Source: Syntrophales bacterium (GTDB lineage Bacteria > Desulfobacterota > Syntrophia > Syntrophales > Fen-1087). From it: a DNA stretch of 64,000 bases. The translations under genes were made by a program, and so were the position numbers. The stretch is from positions 5,730 through 69,729 of the forward strand of contig JAXDBM010000078.1 of NCBI GenBank assembly GCA_034678725.1. Reading direction: 5' to 3'. The notes below the pieces were generated by a model. The model saw nothing but the letters and a program-made list of their open reading frames with translations, was not told the DNA's origin and did no database searches. Numbering within the stretch: the first letter of the stretch is position 1; each line of letters starts with the position of its first letter. This document shows positions 1 through 8,917 of this stretch, piece after piece.

Positions 1-347
1 TTGTCGGCCAGCGAGATCAGGAGCGCTTCGAAAGAAGCGGTCCTGAGGTGCTTCATCGTGTGCGCCTTGCGGTTTTCCCAGGTGTGGTCCGACTTGTTCG
101 GCTCCGAGACCGCGCCGACGAGACCGGCGACCTCGCTCCCGAAGGCGGCCTCGATCTCCGCGAAGGTGACGCGGGTGTCCTCCAGGGTGTCGTGGAGAAT
201 CCCGGCCGCGACGACATGCTCCGGGCACTCCGATTCGATGAGGATCTTCGCGACATGCAGCGGGTGGATGATGTAGGGGAGCCTCGTTCCCTTGCGGTAA
301 TCTCCGGAGTGCGCCCGGGTTGCAAACGCGATGGCCTCGAAAATCAT
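1..347 (-). CDS. Standalone RelA/SpoT-type HD domain protein (small alarmone hydrolase/Mesh1-like), 3' end truncated by the window edge
   Basis: Not in the ORF track. My translation of the minus strand from ATG at 347 (alternative in-frame ATG at 356): MIFEAIAFATRAHSGDYRKGTRLPYIIHPLHVAKILIESECPEHVVAAGILHDTLEDT...LISLADK. The PYIxHP, LHDxxED and ADK motifs match HD_4/SpoT hydrolases. Confidence 0.85.
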   Translation of the reverse strand, partial: MIFEAIAFATRAHSGDYRKGTRLPYIIHPLHVAKILIESECPEHVVAAGILHDTLEDTRVTFAEIEAAFGSEVAGLVGAVSEPNKSDHTWENRKAHTMKHLRTASFEALLISLAD

Positions 348-360
348 GGATTGCATTCTG

Positions 361-1077
361 TCAGTTTCGAATCACCCCGTGATGGGCCGTCAGGATGTAC
401 CGGACGGACTTGAGATCGGGCAGGGCTTTGATCGATTCCTCCTGCCGGTGCGTATCCATGTTGAAGAAATCGACGAAATGCTCGAATCGGCCGCTTTTGT
501 AGGCCAGGTTGTCGCCCGTCGCCAGGTAGCGGCCGTCGATCAGGTAGCAGCAGGAGCCGGGGGTGTGGCCGGGCGTGTGAATGACCCGGACATTCAACCC
601 GTCGGTCGAGAGCGTTTCATTGCTGTCGATCAGCGTGTAGGGGCCATATTTCCACTTCGTCCGCATGAAAAAGAATTTCCCCTTCTGTCCGTTGACCATC
701 TGCTCTTCCTCTCGGTGCATGTAGATTTTCGCATTCTTCAGAAGGGCCGTGGCGCCGATATGATCGCCATCGGTATGGGTCAGGAGCAGCGCCGAAACCT
801 GCTCCGGCGGGATGTTCAGCTTTGCAAGTTCGTCTTTCACCGTTTTTTCGTTCATCCCGGCATCGACCATCAGGTACCCGGTCTTTCCCTTGAAGACGAA
901 GGCGTTCACAAAGGAATCCCGGATGCTGAACGCGGAGTCGTCGATCCTGGCGGTATCGTCCGGGGTCATCCCCCGGGTGCCGAGATAGAATTGAAGGACG
1001 AACCACCCGCCCGAAGCCAGGATGATCCCGAGCAGGACCGCAATGCCCAACAGGATTTTCTTCCCCTTTTTCATCAT
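361..1077 (-). CDS. Membrane-anchored MBL-fold metallo-hydrolase
   Basis: N-terminal KKGKK plus hydrophobic helix; motifs THTDGDH, TPGHT, GD, AHHG. Start set at MMKKG (GGAGG upstream); the ORF-track extension to 1356 is probably UTR. Confidence 0.8.
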   Translation of the reverse strand: MMKKGKKILLGIAVLLGIILASGGWFVLQFYLGTRGMTPDDTARIDDSAFSIRDSFVNAFVFKGKTGYLMVDAGMNEKTVKDELAKLNIPPEQVSALLLTHTDGDHIGATALLKNAKIYMHREEEQMVNGQKGKFFFMRTKWKYGPYTLIDSNETLSTDGLNVRVIHTPGHTPGSCCYLIDGRYLATGDNLAYKSGRFEHFVDFFNMDTHRQEESIKALPDLKSVRYILTAHHGVIRN

Positions 1078-1188
1078 GGCGAAACCAGACCTCCTTGCAT
1101 GGTAAGACGGGATCGCATCGGTTCCATCCCGGAAGTCGGCGGTGACGGTGCAGCGCGGCCGTGCGCCGGTGTCGGCCTGTACGAGTGG

Positions 1189-1217
1189 AACATAGGACAA
1201 CTGCTCCGGCGTGTCAA
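1189..1217 (-). promoter_or_regulatory. sigma70-type promoter for the MBL hydrolase/HD gene pair
   Basis: Minus strand TTGACA-N17-TATGTT. Confidence 0.5.
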
Positions 1218-1499
1218 TGAAATCGTGCCGGCAGGTCGCCTCCGGCTTCTTCATGATGGCGTTCCCTTGCCACGGTGCAAAATGTCGCCGAAGGGAGCGC
1301 GGATTCAAGTATTTCAAGGCTTCTCCATGGCTTCTTGACATTGCGGCATATTTCATTTATTTGTAAATTCAAAGATCGAGGGGACTCGGAGCCGTTTCCG
1401 TCTTTCATGCCCCGCGGCAGGCGCGTGTGCCGTTCGTGATGTCCATCCCAGCCGTTGTCGTGACCGCGCCAGGCCGCATTATTTCCGTGGAGGTTCGCC

Positions 1500-1691
1500 A
1501 TGGACAAGTTCAACGAATTCTACAGCCGTTACATGGACAGGCTGGTCGACTGGTACAGCCAATATTCAGAGCGCGTGAAAACCTGGTATGGCGGGCTTCC
1601 TTTTTTCGAGCAGATGGTCGTCCTCTTTGTCCTCTTCATCGTTTTTCTGGGGCTGTTCGCCTATGTCATCCTCAGAAGAACGATCAAATGA
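1500..1691 (+). CDS. Small single-pass membrane protein (63 aa), unknown function
   Basis: GGAGG RBS 7 nt upstream; aromatic amphipathic N-half, then a hydrophobic helix followed by RRTIK. Confidence 0.7.
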   Translation: MDKFNEFYSRYMDRLVDWYSQYSERVKTWYGGLPFFEQMVVLFVLFIVFLGLFAYVILRRTIK

Positions 1692-1776
1692 CGGCAACCG
1701 GGGCGCAGCAAGGGCGGGAATCGTGGCTTGTCCCGGCCGCACACGCTTGCCGATGTGATTGAGGGTGCATCCCGTT

Positions 1777-2802
1777 ATGAATATGAGTGATTTGATTTTC
1801 CATCCGAGCAGCGGCCTCTCGGATCAGTCGGTTTCAGCGCTCCGCTCCATTCTTGCCGGCCTGAAGCCGCCCTTCGGGAAGGGCGATCGGGTGGGTGTCA
1901 AGCTCCACTGGGGCGAGAAGGGAAACCGCAGTTTCCTGCCGCCGGTCTTCGCGAGGGAAATCATCCGTTGGCTGCAGGAGCTGGGCGCAATACCCTTCGT
2001 ATTCGACACGACGGTCCTCTATTCCGGAAGCCGCCGCACCGGTGAGGACAGCTTGAAAACCGCTGCCGCGCACGGATACAGCGAGGCCGGCCTCGGGTGC
2101 CCTGTGGTCATCGCCGACGGGATGGACGGACGCAACGTGGTGGACATACCGGCCGATTGCACCCATTTCCAGACCGCTCAAGTTGCCTCCGTATTCGACC
2201 GGGCGGACGGTTTCTTCATTTTTTCCCATTTCAAGGGGCATCTCGCGTCGGGTTTCGGCGGGGCCATCAAGAACCTCTCCATGGGCTTTGCCTCGCGGGC
2301 GCAGAAACAGCGGATGCACGCTGACGTTCACCCGATCCTCGACAAAAAGAAATGCAACCGCTGCGGCGTCTGTGTCGAGATCTGCCCCACCGGGGCGGCG
2401 GGGATCGAAGGCGACGAATACCCGACCTACGACCTCGACCTCTGCATCGGCTGCGCCCAGTGCATCGGTCTCTGCCCGGAAGTGGCCCTGGAGATCATCT
2501 GGGAGACGGACAACCGGATCTTTCAGGAAAAGCTGGTGGAGACGGCCGCGGCCGTGTGGAAGTGCATCAAAGGCAGGTCGGTGTTTGTCAACGCCATGCT
2601 CAATATCACCGCCGACTGCGATTGCCTGCCGGGGAAGAACCCCATCATTGCCCCGGACGCCGGATTCGTCGGCGGCTATCACCCCGTCTCGGTGGACGAG
2701 GAGTCGCTCAGGCGGGTCGGCGCGGAGCCCTTCAGCAAGACCCATCCCCACGTCAACTGGCGCCGGCAGTTCACCTACAGCCGGGAAATCGGCTTCGTCT
2801 GA
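1777..2802 (+). CDS. DUF362 family Fe-S protein with a 2x[4Fe-4S] ferredoxin domain
   Basis: VKLHWGE, FDTT, HFKGH...FGGAIKNL DUF362-type motifs; CNRCGVCVEICP and CIGCAQCIGLCP. Start moved to ATG 1777 after GAGGGTG. Confidence 0.85.
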   Translation: MNMSDLIFHPSSGLSDQSVSALRSILAGLKPPFGKGDRVGVKLHWGEKGNRSFLPPVFAREIIRWLQELGAIPFVFDTTVLYSGSRRTGEDSLKTAAAHGYSEAGLGCPVVIADGMDGRNVVDIPADCTHFQTAQVASVFDRADGFFIFSHFKGHLASGFGGAIKNLSMGFASRAQKQRMHADVHPILDKKKCNRCGVCVEICPTGAAGIEGDEYPTYDLDLCIGCAQCIGLCPEVALEIIWETDNRIFQEKLVETAAAVWKCIKGRSVFVNAMLNITADCDCLPGKNPIIAPDAGFVGGYHPVSVDEESLRRVGAEPFSKTHPHVNWRRQFTYSREIGFV

Positions 2803-2811
2803 AAGCGGGTC

Positions 2812-3747
2812 TCAGGCCCTCCCGCCGCAGGTGTGCGCCTGGAGGAATTCGGAAAGCTCGTCCCCGCTTTTCAGGTAGCGGCCGCCTTTGAAACGCACCA
2901 ATCCTCTTCGCTGCAGGTTGCCCAGGTGCTTTTTCACCAGGGCCCGCTCGCCGAATTCATAGAAGGCCAGGGGCTCCCTCGGGCGGCCGTAGATCAGCCA
3001 CCGGCCGGCGATTTCGTCCAGGCTGCGCGGCCGGTCGAGCGCCTCGATCAGCCTGCCTTCCCGCTTCTGGATTACCCCCTCATATTCGTCCCAGAGCGGC
3101 CCCGGGGGGCTTTCGAAAACGCCTGTTTCGTGCCCGGTAAGCCATGTCCCGGCGGGAATCTTTTTCAGGCGCGAGATGGAGATGATGGTGTCCTCGATGC
3201 TGGAATAGAGATCGCCGTACCAGGGCCCGAAGCGGGTGAGGTCGTAGTCGCCCAGAAAGAGCACCCGGGGCTCCCGAAAGAAGAAGGCCACATGACCCGG
3301 GGTATGGCCCGGCGTCGCGATCACATCGACGGTCAGAGAACCCATGCGGAGGACATCGCCGTCCCCGAAAAAACCAAGGGGGCTGCGCGGCCGGAAATGG
3401 AACTGCTCCAGCATCGTCTGCTTCCAGAACTGCCGGTGTTCCGCGTTGTCGAGGCCGTACCAGTCCAGAAAGACATCCAGGTCCGAAAGGGGAGGAGCGT
3501 CTTCACGGGAAATCCAGAGGGGGACGTCATCGAAGAGGTCCAGGTGCATGAAGTGGTCCTCGTGCCAGTGGCTCAGCCAGACGGCCTTCACACCCTCCTC
3601 GGCGCGAAGCCTTTCCAGAAGCTTCCGGTCCGAAGACGGATCGATCAGGATCCCTTCGCCCTCGATGTAGATGGAGTGGCAGAACGGGTATCTTCCCTTG
3701 TTCTCGCCCGGGATGAACCGGACGGATCCGAAGCGCATCTCTTTCAT
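2812..3747 (-). CDS. MBL-fold metallo-hydrolase with a C-terminal winged-helix-like tail
   Basis: SHWHEDH (HxHxDH), TPGHTPGH, GD and TGHE motifs. Confidence 0.85.
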   Translation of the reverse strand: MKEMRFGSVRFIPGENKGRYPFCHSIYIEGEGILIDPSSDRKLLERLRAEEGVKAVWLSHWHEDHFMHLDLFDDVPLWISREDAPPLSDLDVFLDWYGLDNAEHRQFWKQTMLEQFHFRPRSPLGFFGDGDVLRMGSLTVDVIATPGHTPGHVAFFFREPRVLFLGDYDLTRFGPWYGDLYSSIEDTIISISRLKKIPAGTWLTGHETGVFESPPGPLWDEYEGVIQKREGRLIEALDRPRSLDEIAGRWLIYGRPREPLAFYEFGERALVKKHLGNLQRRGLVRFKGGRYLKSGDELSEFLQAHTCGGRA

Positions 3748-3799
3748 GGCGGCAATTCCCCTTCAACATTCGCGGCGCAGCGTATTCACATGCGGCGAC

Positions 3800-3829
3800 A
3801 CTATAGGTAGATTCGGATTGCTCTGTCAA
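3800..3829 (-). promoter_or_regulatory. sigma70-type promoter for the MBL hydrolase at 2812-3747
   Basis: Minus strand TTGACA-N18-TATAGT. Confidence 0.5.
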
Positions 3830-3900
3830 GAGGGAAAGCCGGAGAGGAAACCGGCGGGAAAGATGGCCGAAGCTCCTTTCGGATTTCAGGTCGGATTTCC

Positions 3901-3929
3901 TTGACCCCTGCGCGGAATTCACCTATATT
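3901..3929 (+). promoter_or_regulatory. sigma70-type promoter of adk
   Basis: TTGACC-N17-TATATT. Confidence 0.55.
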
Positions 3930-4004
3930 GCCGCACCTTGCAGTCCTGAACCGGCTTCAGGAATGCCCGGGAAACAGAATTCAAGACAGGGGAGGTGCAT
4001 GGTT

Positions 4005-4658
4005 ATGAAGATCATCCTTTTAGGCGCTCCCGGCGCGGGGAAGGGGACGGTGGCCAAACTGCTCACGGAAATGGACGGGTCCGTCCAGATTTCCACCGGC
4101 GACATCCTGCGGGCGGCCGTGAAAGAGGGGACTGCGCTGGGCAGGGAGGCAAAGGCCTACATGGACCGCGGCGATCTGGTGCCCGATTCGCTGGTCATGA
4201 AAATGATGGAGGCCCGCCTTCAGCAGCCCGACTGCGCAAAGGGCTTCATCCTCGACGGATTTCCGAGGACGATTCCCCAGGCGGAAGCCCTGAAGCGTCT
4301 GCTGGAATCCCTTAAGATCAAGCTCGATTTCGTCGTCAATCTGGAGGTATCGACGGATGTGATCCTGGACCGCCTCACCACGCGGCGGACCTGCGCCAAT
4401 CCGGACTGCCAGGAGATCTACAACATCAAGAGCAACCCGCCGACGGCCGACGGCAAATGCCGGAAGTGCGGGACGAAGGTTGTCCAGCGGGATGACGAGA
4501 CGGAAGCAGCCATCATGAACCGCCTCGACACCTACCGGCTCAAGACCGAGCCGCTGATCGGTTTCTACAGGGCGGAAGGCAGCCTGAAAAGCTTCCTCTC
4601 GCTGAGCAGCCGGGACACGGTCGCCGAAATCGGCAAGGCGCTGTCCGGCCTGAAATAG
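4005..4658 (+). CDS. adk: Adenylate kinase
   Basis: GAPGAGKGT P-loop, STGDILR, GDLVPD, LDGFPRT, Cys-containing LID, RDDET. GGAGG at 3991-3995 favours ATG 4005. Confidence 0.97.
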   Translation: MKIILLGAPGAGKGTVAKLLTEMDGSVQISTGDILRAAVKEGTALGREAKAYMDRGDLVPDSLVMKMMEARLQQPDCAKGFILDGFPRTIPQAEALKRLLESLKIKLDFVVNLEVSTDVILDRLTTRRTCANPDCQEIYNIKSNPPTADGKCRKCGTKVVQRDDETEAAIMNRLDTYRLKTEPLIGFYRAEGSLKSFLSLSSRDTVAEIGKALSGLK

Positions 4659-4700
4659 CCCAAGCCGGCAGGCATGGAACAAATCGTCGCCGGGGCCAGG

Positions 4701-6668
4701 ATGATCGATTACGAGAGCGAACTCAATGAGGAACAGCGCCGGGTGGTCATGGAGGCGGGCGGGCCCCTACTGGTCATTGCCGGCGCGGGAAGCGGCAAGA
4801 CGCGGACGCTGACCTACCGGGTCGCCCGACTGATCGAGGGCGGCGCGGAACCGGAGGAGATCCTGCTGGCCACCTTCACCAACAAGGCCGCACGGTCGAT
4901 GCTGGGCCGGGTCAACCAACTCGTGGAACGGGACACCGGCCGCCTGTGGGGCGGGACGTTCCACCACATCGCCCACCGCATTCTTCGCGCGAACAGCCCC
5001 CTGCTGGGTTACGAGCGCAGCTTCACGATCATGGACTCGGAAGACGCCCGCCAGCTCATGAACACCTGCATCTCCGACGCGCGGATCGACCCGAAGGCCG
5101 ACCGATTTCCCAAGGGGGACATCCTTCGGGACATTCTCTCCCTGTCGGTGAACACGGAATCGACGCCGGAGGAGATCGTCTTCGGGCGCTACCCCTTTTT
5201 CTACCACCGCATGGAGGAGATTCAGGACGTCATTGCACGGTATATCGATCGGAAAAAGGCCCTGAACGTCATGGATTTCGACGACCTGCTGCTCAACTGC
5301 CGGAAGCTTCTCGCAGGACACGGGCAGGTGCTCGAATTCTATTCGCGGCGCTTCACGCACATCCTGGTCGACGAGTACCAGGACACGAACATCCTGCAGG
5401 CGGACATGATGGATCTGCTGGCCTCCCATCACAGGAATCTGATGGTGGTGGGGGACGACTCGCAGAGCATCTACTCCTTCCGGGGCGCTCATTTCGCCAA
5501 CATCATGAAGTTTCCGGAGAAATACCCGGATTGCCGGATTTTCAAGCTGGAGACGAACTACCGGAGCACGCCCGAGATCCTGCACCTGGCCAACCTGAGC
5601 ATCGTCAACAACGAGAACCAGTTCGAAAAGCGGTTGAGGGCGGTCCGAAGCGGCGGCATCCGGCCGGTTCTGGCCCCGGCGAGGAATGTCCTTCAGCAGG
5701 CCGATTTCGTCTGCCAGCGAATCCTCGAACTGCTGCGGGAGGGGGTATCCCTGCGGGAAACAGCCGTCCTCTACCGGGCCCACTACCATTCCATGGAGCT
5801 TCAGATGGAGATGACCCGGCGGGGAATCCCCTTCGAGATCCGGTCCGGCATCCGCTTCTTCGAACAGGCGCACGTCAAGGACGTGACCTCCTACATGCGG
5901 ATCATCCTGAACCCCCACGACGAGCTGGCCTGGAAGCGCGTGCTGGGCCTCTTTCCGAAGGTCGGGAAGGTGAGTGCGGAGAAAATCTGGATCTTTCTCG
6001 GCAGGCAGGAAGATCCGCTGGCCGCCGTCCTGGGCGACGCGTTCCTGAAGGCGGCCACCCGGATGGCCGCGCCGGGCCTGCGGCAGTGCCAAGCGGTCTT
6101 CCGGCGGATCCTGGAGAGCTCCTGGGAGCGGAACCCCGCCGGTCTCGCGGAGCGGATCCTGGAGAGCGGCTGCCGCGACTCGATCCGGGAGCGCTTCACG
6201 GACAGCGCTTCGCGGCTCGAGGACCTGGAGCAGTTCATCCTCTTCGCGGAAAATTACGATTCGCTTTCGGACTTTCTGAGCCAGTTGGCCCTGCTGACCA
6301 ATATGGCGGAGGAGGGGGACGCCGAGCGGGAACGGATATCGGAAGACCGGGTTGTCCTGAGCACGATCCACCAAGCCAAGGGGCTGGAATGGTCGGCCGT
6401 TTTCCTGATCTGGTGCGCGGAAGGGATGATCCCGCTGAACCGCGCCCTGAAGGAGCCCGGTGGGGAGGAGGAGGAGCGGCGCCTCTTCTATGTCGCGACG
6501 ACGCGGGCCAAGGATCAGCTTTACCTTTGCTATCCGGTCTCGGACTACGGGCGGGGCATGGGCAGCCTGCCGCTCGGCCCCTCGCGCTTCATTCGCGAAC
6601 TCCGCCCGTCTTCATCGCGCTCCCGGGATCTCCCTTACGAGCAATGGCTGGTTGAAGAGGAATATTAA
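4701..6668 (+). CDS. UvrD/PcrA/Rep family ATP-dependent DNA helicase
   Basis: AGAGSGKT, TFTNKAA, GTFH, DEYQD, GDDSQSIY, NYRS, STIHQAKGLEW, EERRLFYVATTRA. Alternative start 4674. Confidence 0.95.
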   Translation: MIDYESELNEEQRRVVMEAGGPLLVIAGAGSGKTRTLTYRVARLIEGGAEPEEILLATFTNKAARSMLGRVNQLVERDTGRLWGGTFHHIAHRILRANSPLLGYERSFTIMDSEDARQLMNTCISDARIDPKADRFPKGDILRDILSLSVNTESTPEEIVFGRYPFFYHRMEEIQDVIARYIDRKKALNVMDFDDLLLNCRKLLAGHGQVLEFYSRRFTHILVDEYQDTNILQADMMDLLASHHRNLMVVGDDSQSIYSFRGAHFANIMKFPEKYPDCRIFKLETNYRSTPEILHLANLSIVNNENQFEKRLRAVRSGGIRPVLAPARNVLQQADFVCQRILELLREGVSLRETAVLYRAHYHSMELQMEMTRRGIPFEIRSGIRFFEQAHVKDVTSYMRIILNPHDELAWKRVLGLFPKVGKVSAEKIWIFLGRQEDPLAAVLGDAFLKAATRMAAPGLRQCQAVFRRILESSWERNPAGLAERILESGCRDSIRERFTDSASRLEDLEQFILFAENYDSLSDFLSQLALLTNMAEEGDAERERISEDRVVLSTIHQAKGLEWSAVFLIWCAEGMIPLNRALKEPGGEEEERRLFYVATTRAKDQLYLCYPVSDYGRGMGSLPLGPSRFIRELRPSSSRSRDLPYEQWLVEEEY

Positions 6669-8554
6669 AGCCAGCGGTCCCGCTTTTCCTTGGCCTCGTA
6701 TTCCGCCCGCAGCGCGATCTGCGTGGCCTCGGCGATGTCCTCCACGCGCTTCACCCAGTCCTCGAACTTGATGTCCACGCCGAAGATGCCGATCATCTCG
6801 TCCTTGTCGTCCACGATGGGCGCGGACACGGTGATGCACAGCGCGCCCGTCATCTTCGAGATGTAGAAATTGGTGACGTGGATCTTGCCGGTCTGGAGCG
6901 GCTTGATGAACCACTCCCGGTCCGACTGGTCGGTGCCGACGCCGTAATTCTCGTAGCGCGCCCGGTCCACGATATTGGTGATGTTCTTCGTCGTCTTCTT
7001 GCCGTTCATGTCGACGACGTAGGCGAACTGCACGGACGGGTTGTCCTCGATGCACTGCTGCATGATCGGCTCCTGAAGCTCCGGCTTCATCGTCTTCATG
7101 ACCGGGTGCTCGATCACCTGCTTCACGACGGTCACGGCCGCCTCGGCGGCCCTGTGCTTGATCTTTTCCAGATCGGACATGAAGAGCTCCGGCAGGTATT
7201 TCCGCACGCGCTTTTCCAGCTCCTCGTTCGAAATGCTCGTCACGCGCCCCGACTCGTATTCCTCGGTGATCCACTTGTGGATTCTGGAAATCCCCGGATG
7301 CCGCTTGTCGACCGCATTTTCGCCCTTCAGGCCCAGGTGGCCGTTGATCCAGAAGGCGATCCCGGACTTGCCGGACTTGTCCGTGACCATCGGGACGATC
7401 GGGCGGTTCAGGATCCGGGTCGTGTCAAAGATATTGTAGATCTCTTCGCACTTGATCAGTCCGTCGGCATGCACGCCGGCCCGGGTCACGTTGAAATCGG
7501 CCCCGACGAAGGGGTAGTTCGGGGGGATCCGGTAGCCGATCTCCTTCTCGAAATACCGGGCGATCTCGGTGATTGCGGTGGTGTCGATGCCGCGGTTCTC
7601 GCCTTTGAGGCCGATGTACTCCAGGATGAGGCCCTCGATCGGCGGGTTTCCCGTCCGTTCTCCCAGCCCCAGCAGGGTGCCGTTGGCCGAACCGCAGCCG
7701 TAGAGCCAGGCGGTGGTCGCATTGATGAGCGCCTTGTGAAAATCGTTGTGCCCGTGCCATTCGAGCAGATGGCCGGGGACGCCCGCCTCCTCGATGAAGG
7801 CCCGGACCATCTTGTCCACGCTCCGGGGCAGGGAGGCGCCGGGGTAGGTCACGCCGTACCCCATCGTGTCGCAGAGGCGGATCTTGATGTCGATGCCGCT
7901 CTCGCTCCGGAGCTTCATCAGTTCGATGGCGAACGGGACGCAGAACCCGAAGATATCGGCGCGGGTGATGTCCTCGAAATGGCAGCGTGGGACGACACCG
8001 GCCTCGAGGATGGAGCGCACGATCGCGAGGTAGTCGTCCATCGCCTGGCGCCGCGTCTGGTTGAGCTTCAGGAAGATGTGATAGTCCGACACCGATGTCA
8101 GAATGCCCGTCTCCTGCAGCCCCGCTTCCTTCACGAGCTTGACGTCCTCCGGGTTGGCCCGGATCCAGCCGGTGATTTCGGGGTATTTCAGGCCCAGCGC
8201 CCGGCAGCGGGCCACCGCATCCCGGTCCTTCTGGCTGTAGAGAAAGAACTCCGTCTGCCGGATCACTCCGTCGGAACCGCCCAGTCGGCTCATCATCGCG
8301 TAGAGATCGACGATCTGCTTCACCGTGTAGGGCGGTCGGGCCTGCTGGCCGTCGCGGAATGTCGTGTCCGTGATGAACGGCTCGTCGGCCGGATTGATGG
8401 GAATGATCTTATGGTCAAAGTCGATCCGGCTGACCTCGTCGAAGGGGAAGACGTCTTTCTGGAGGTTCGGCTGGTCGACATCCCGGAGATCGTATCGCCA
8501 GAAGCGGCTGTGCTCGTGATCCAGCACTTTTTTGTTCATATTCCATTTTGCCAT
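6665..8554 (-). CDS. Re-citrate synthase-like (DRE-TIM metallolyase) enzyme fused to a C-terminal Cache/PDC domain
   Basis: DTTFRDGQQA, HGHND and GLGERTGN motifs; C-terminus DREWF...FYISKMTGALCITVSAPIVD...GIFGVDI typical of Cache folds. Start MAKWN at 8554 with GGAGA RBS. Confidence 0.8.
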   Translation of the reverse strand: MAKWNMNKKVLDHEHSRFWRYDLRDVDQPNLQKDVFPFDEVSRIDFDHKIIPINPADEPFITDTTFRDGQQARPPYTVKQIVDLYAMMSRLGGSDGVIRQTEFFLYSQKDRDAVARCRALGLKYPEITGWIRANPEDVKLVKEAGLQETGILTSVSDYHIFLKLNQTRRQAMDDYLAIVRSILEAGVVPRCHFEDITRADIFGFCVPFAIELMKLRSESGIDIKIRLCDTMGYGVTYPGASLPRSVDKMVRAFIEEAGVPGHLLEWHGHNDFHKALINATTAWLYGCGSANGTLLGLGERTGNPPIEGLILEYIGLKGENRGIDTTAITEIARYFEKEIGYRIPPNYPFVGADFNVTRAGVHADGLIKCEEIYNIFDTTRILNRPIVPMVTDKSGKSGIAFWINGHLGLKGENAVDKRHPGISRIHKWITEEYESGRVTSISNEELEKRVRKYLPELFMSDLEKIKHRAAEAAVTVVKQVIEHPVMKTMKPELQEPIMQQCIEDNPSVQFAYVVDMNGKKTTKNITNIVDRARYENYGVGTDQSDREWFIKPLQTGKIHVTNFYISKMTGALCITVSAPIVDDKDEMIGIFGVDIKFEDWVKRVEDIAEATQIALRAEYEAKEKRDRWL

Positions 8555-8584
8555 CGTTTTTTCTCCAAAAGATGAATCGCAATT

Positions 8585-8615
8585 AAAAAAGGGCACTGCC
8601 GATTTCCCGTGCCCT
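8585..8615 (-). terminator. Intrinsic-terminator-like hairpin about 30 nt upstream of the Re-citrate synthase start
   Basis: Minus strand AGGGCAC-N12-GTGCCCT followed by a T run. Confidence 0.45.
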
Positions 8616-8917
8616 CCTTCATGATGAATATTCGTTCGCTTTCAACTGACGGGTGGCACTGCCCGCGCCGGCGGGATGAAGGCCGCGCGCGCCCCCGCTC
8701 TTTTCGTGGTTTTCCGAGTGGCTTCCATGAGGAGAGAATTTTCGGTTTTCATCAGGCCTTCGCCCCGTTTCTGCCCGGAAAACGTCTGTGGATCGACCCA
8801 TCGCGCCCGGAAGGGCGCCCGTTTTCAGGAATTCAAGGTTTCCGCTGTGCTTCGATGTTCCCCAATATTACGGTCAAACGGTCTTGTCAATGAAAAAACG
8901 GACCCTTTTCCTTCGGC

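Noticed and set aside
8654-8670. TGGCAC resembling a sigma54 -24 box
   Set aside because: No TTGC at -12, and it points into the 3' end of aspS.
8619-8801. 60-aa ORF ending just before the hairpin upstream of the Re-citrate synthase gene
   Set aside because: No RBS, no regulatory codon cluster and an unremarkable composition; cannot be supported as a leader peptide.
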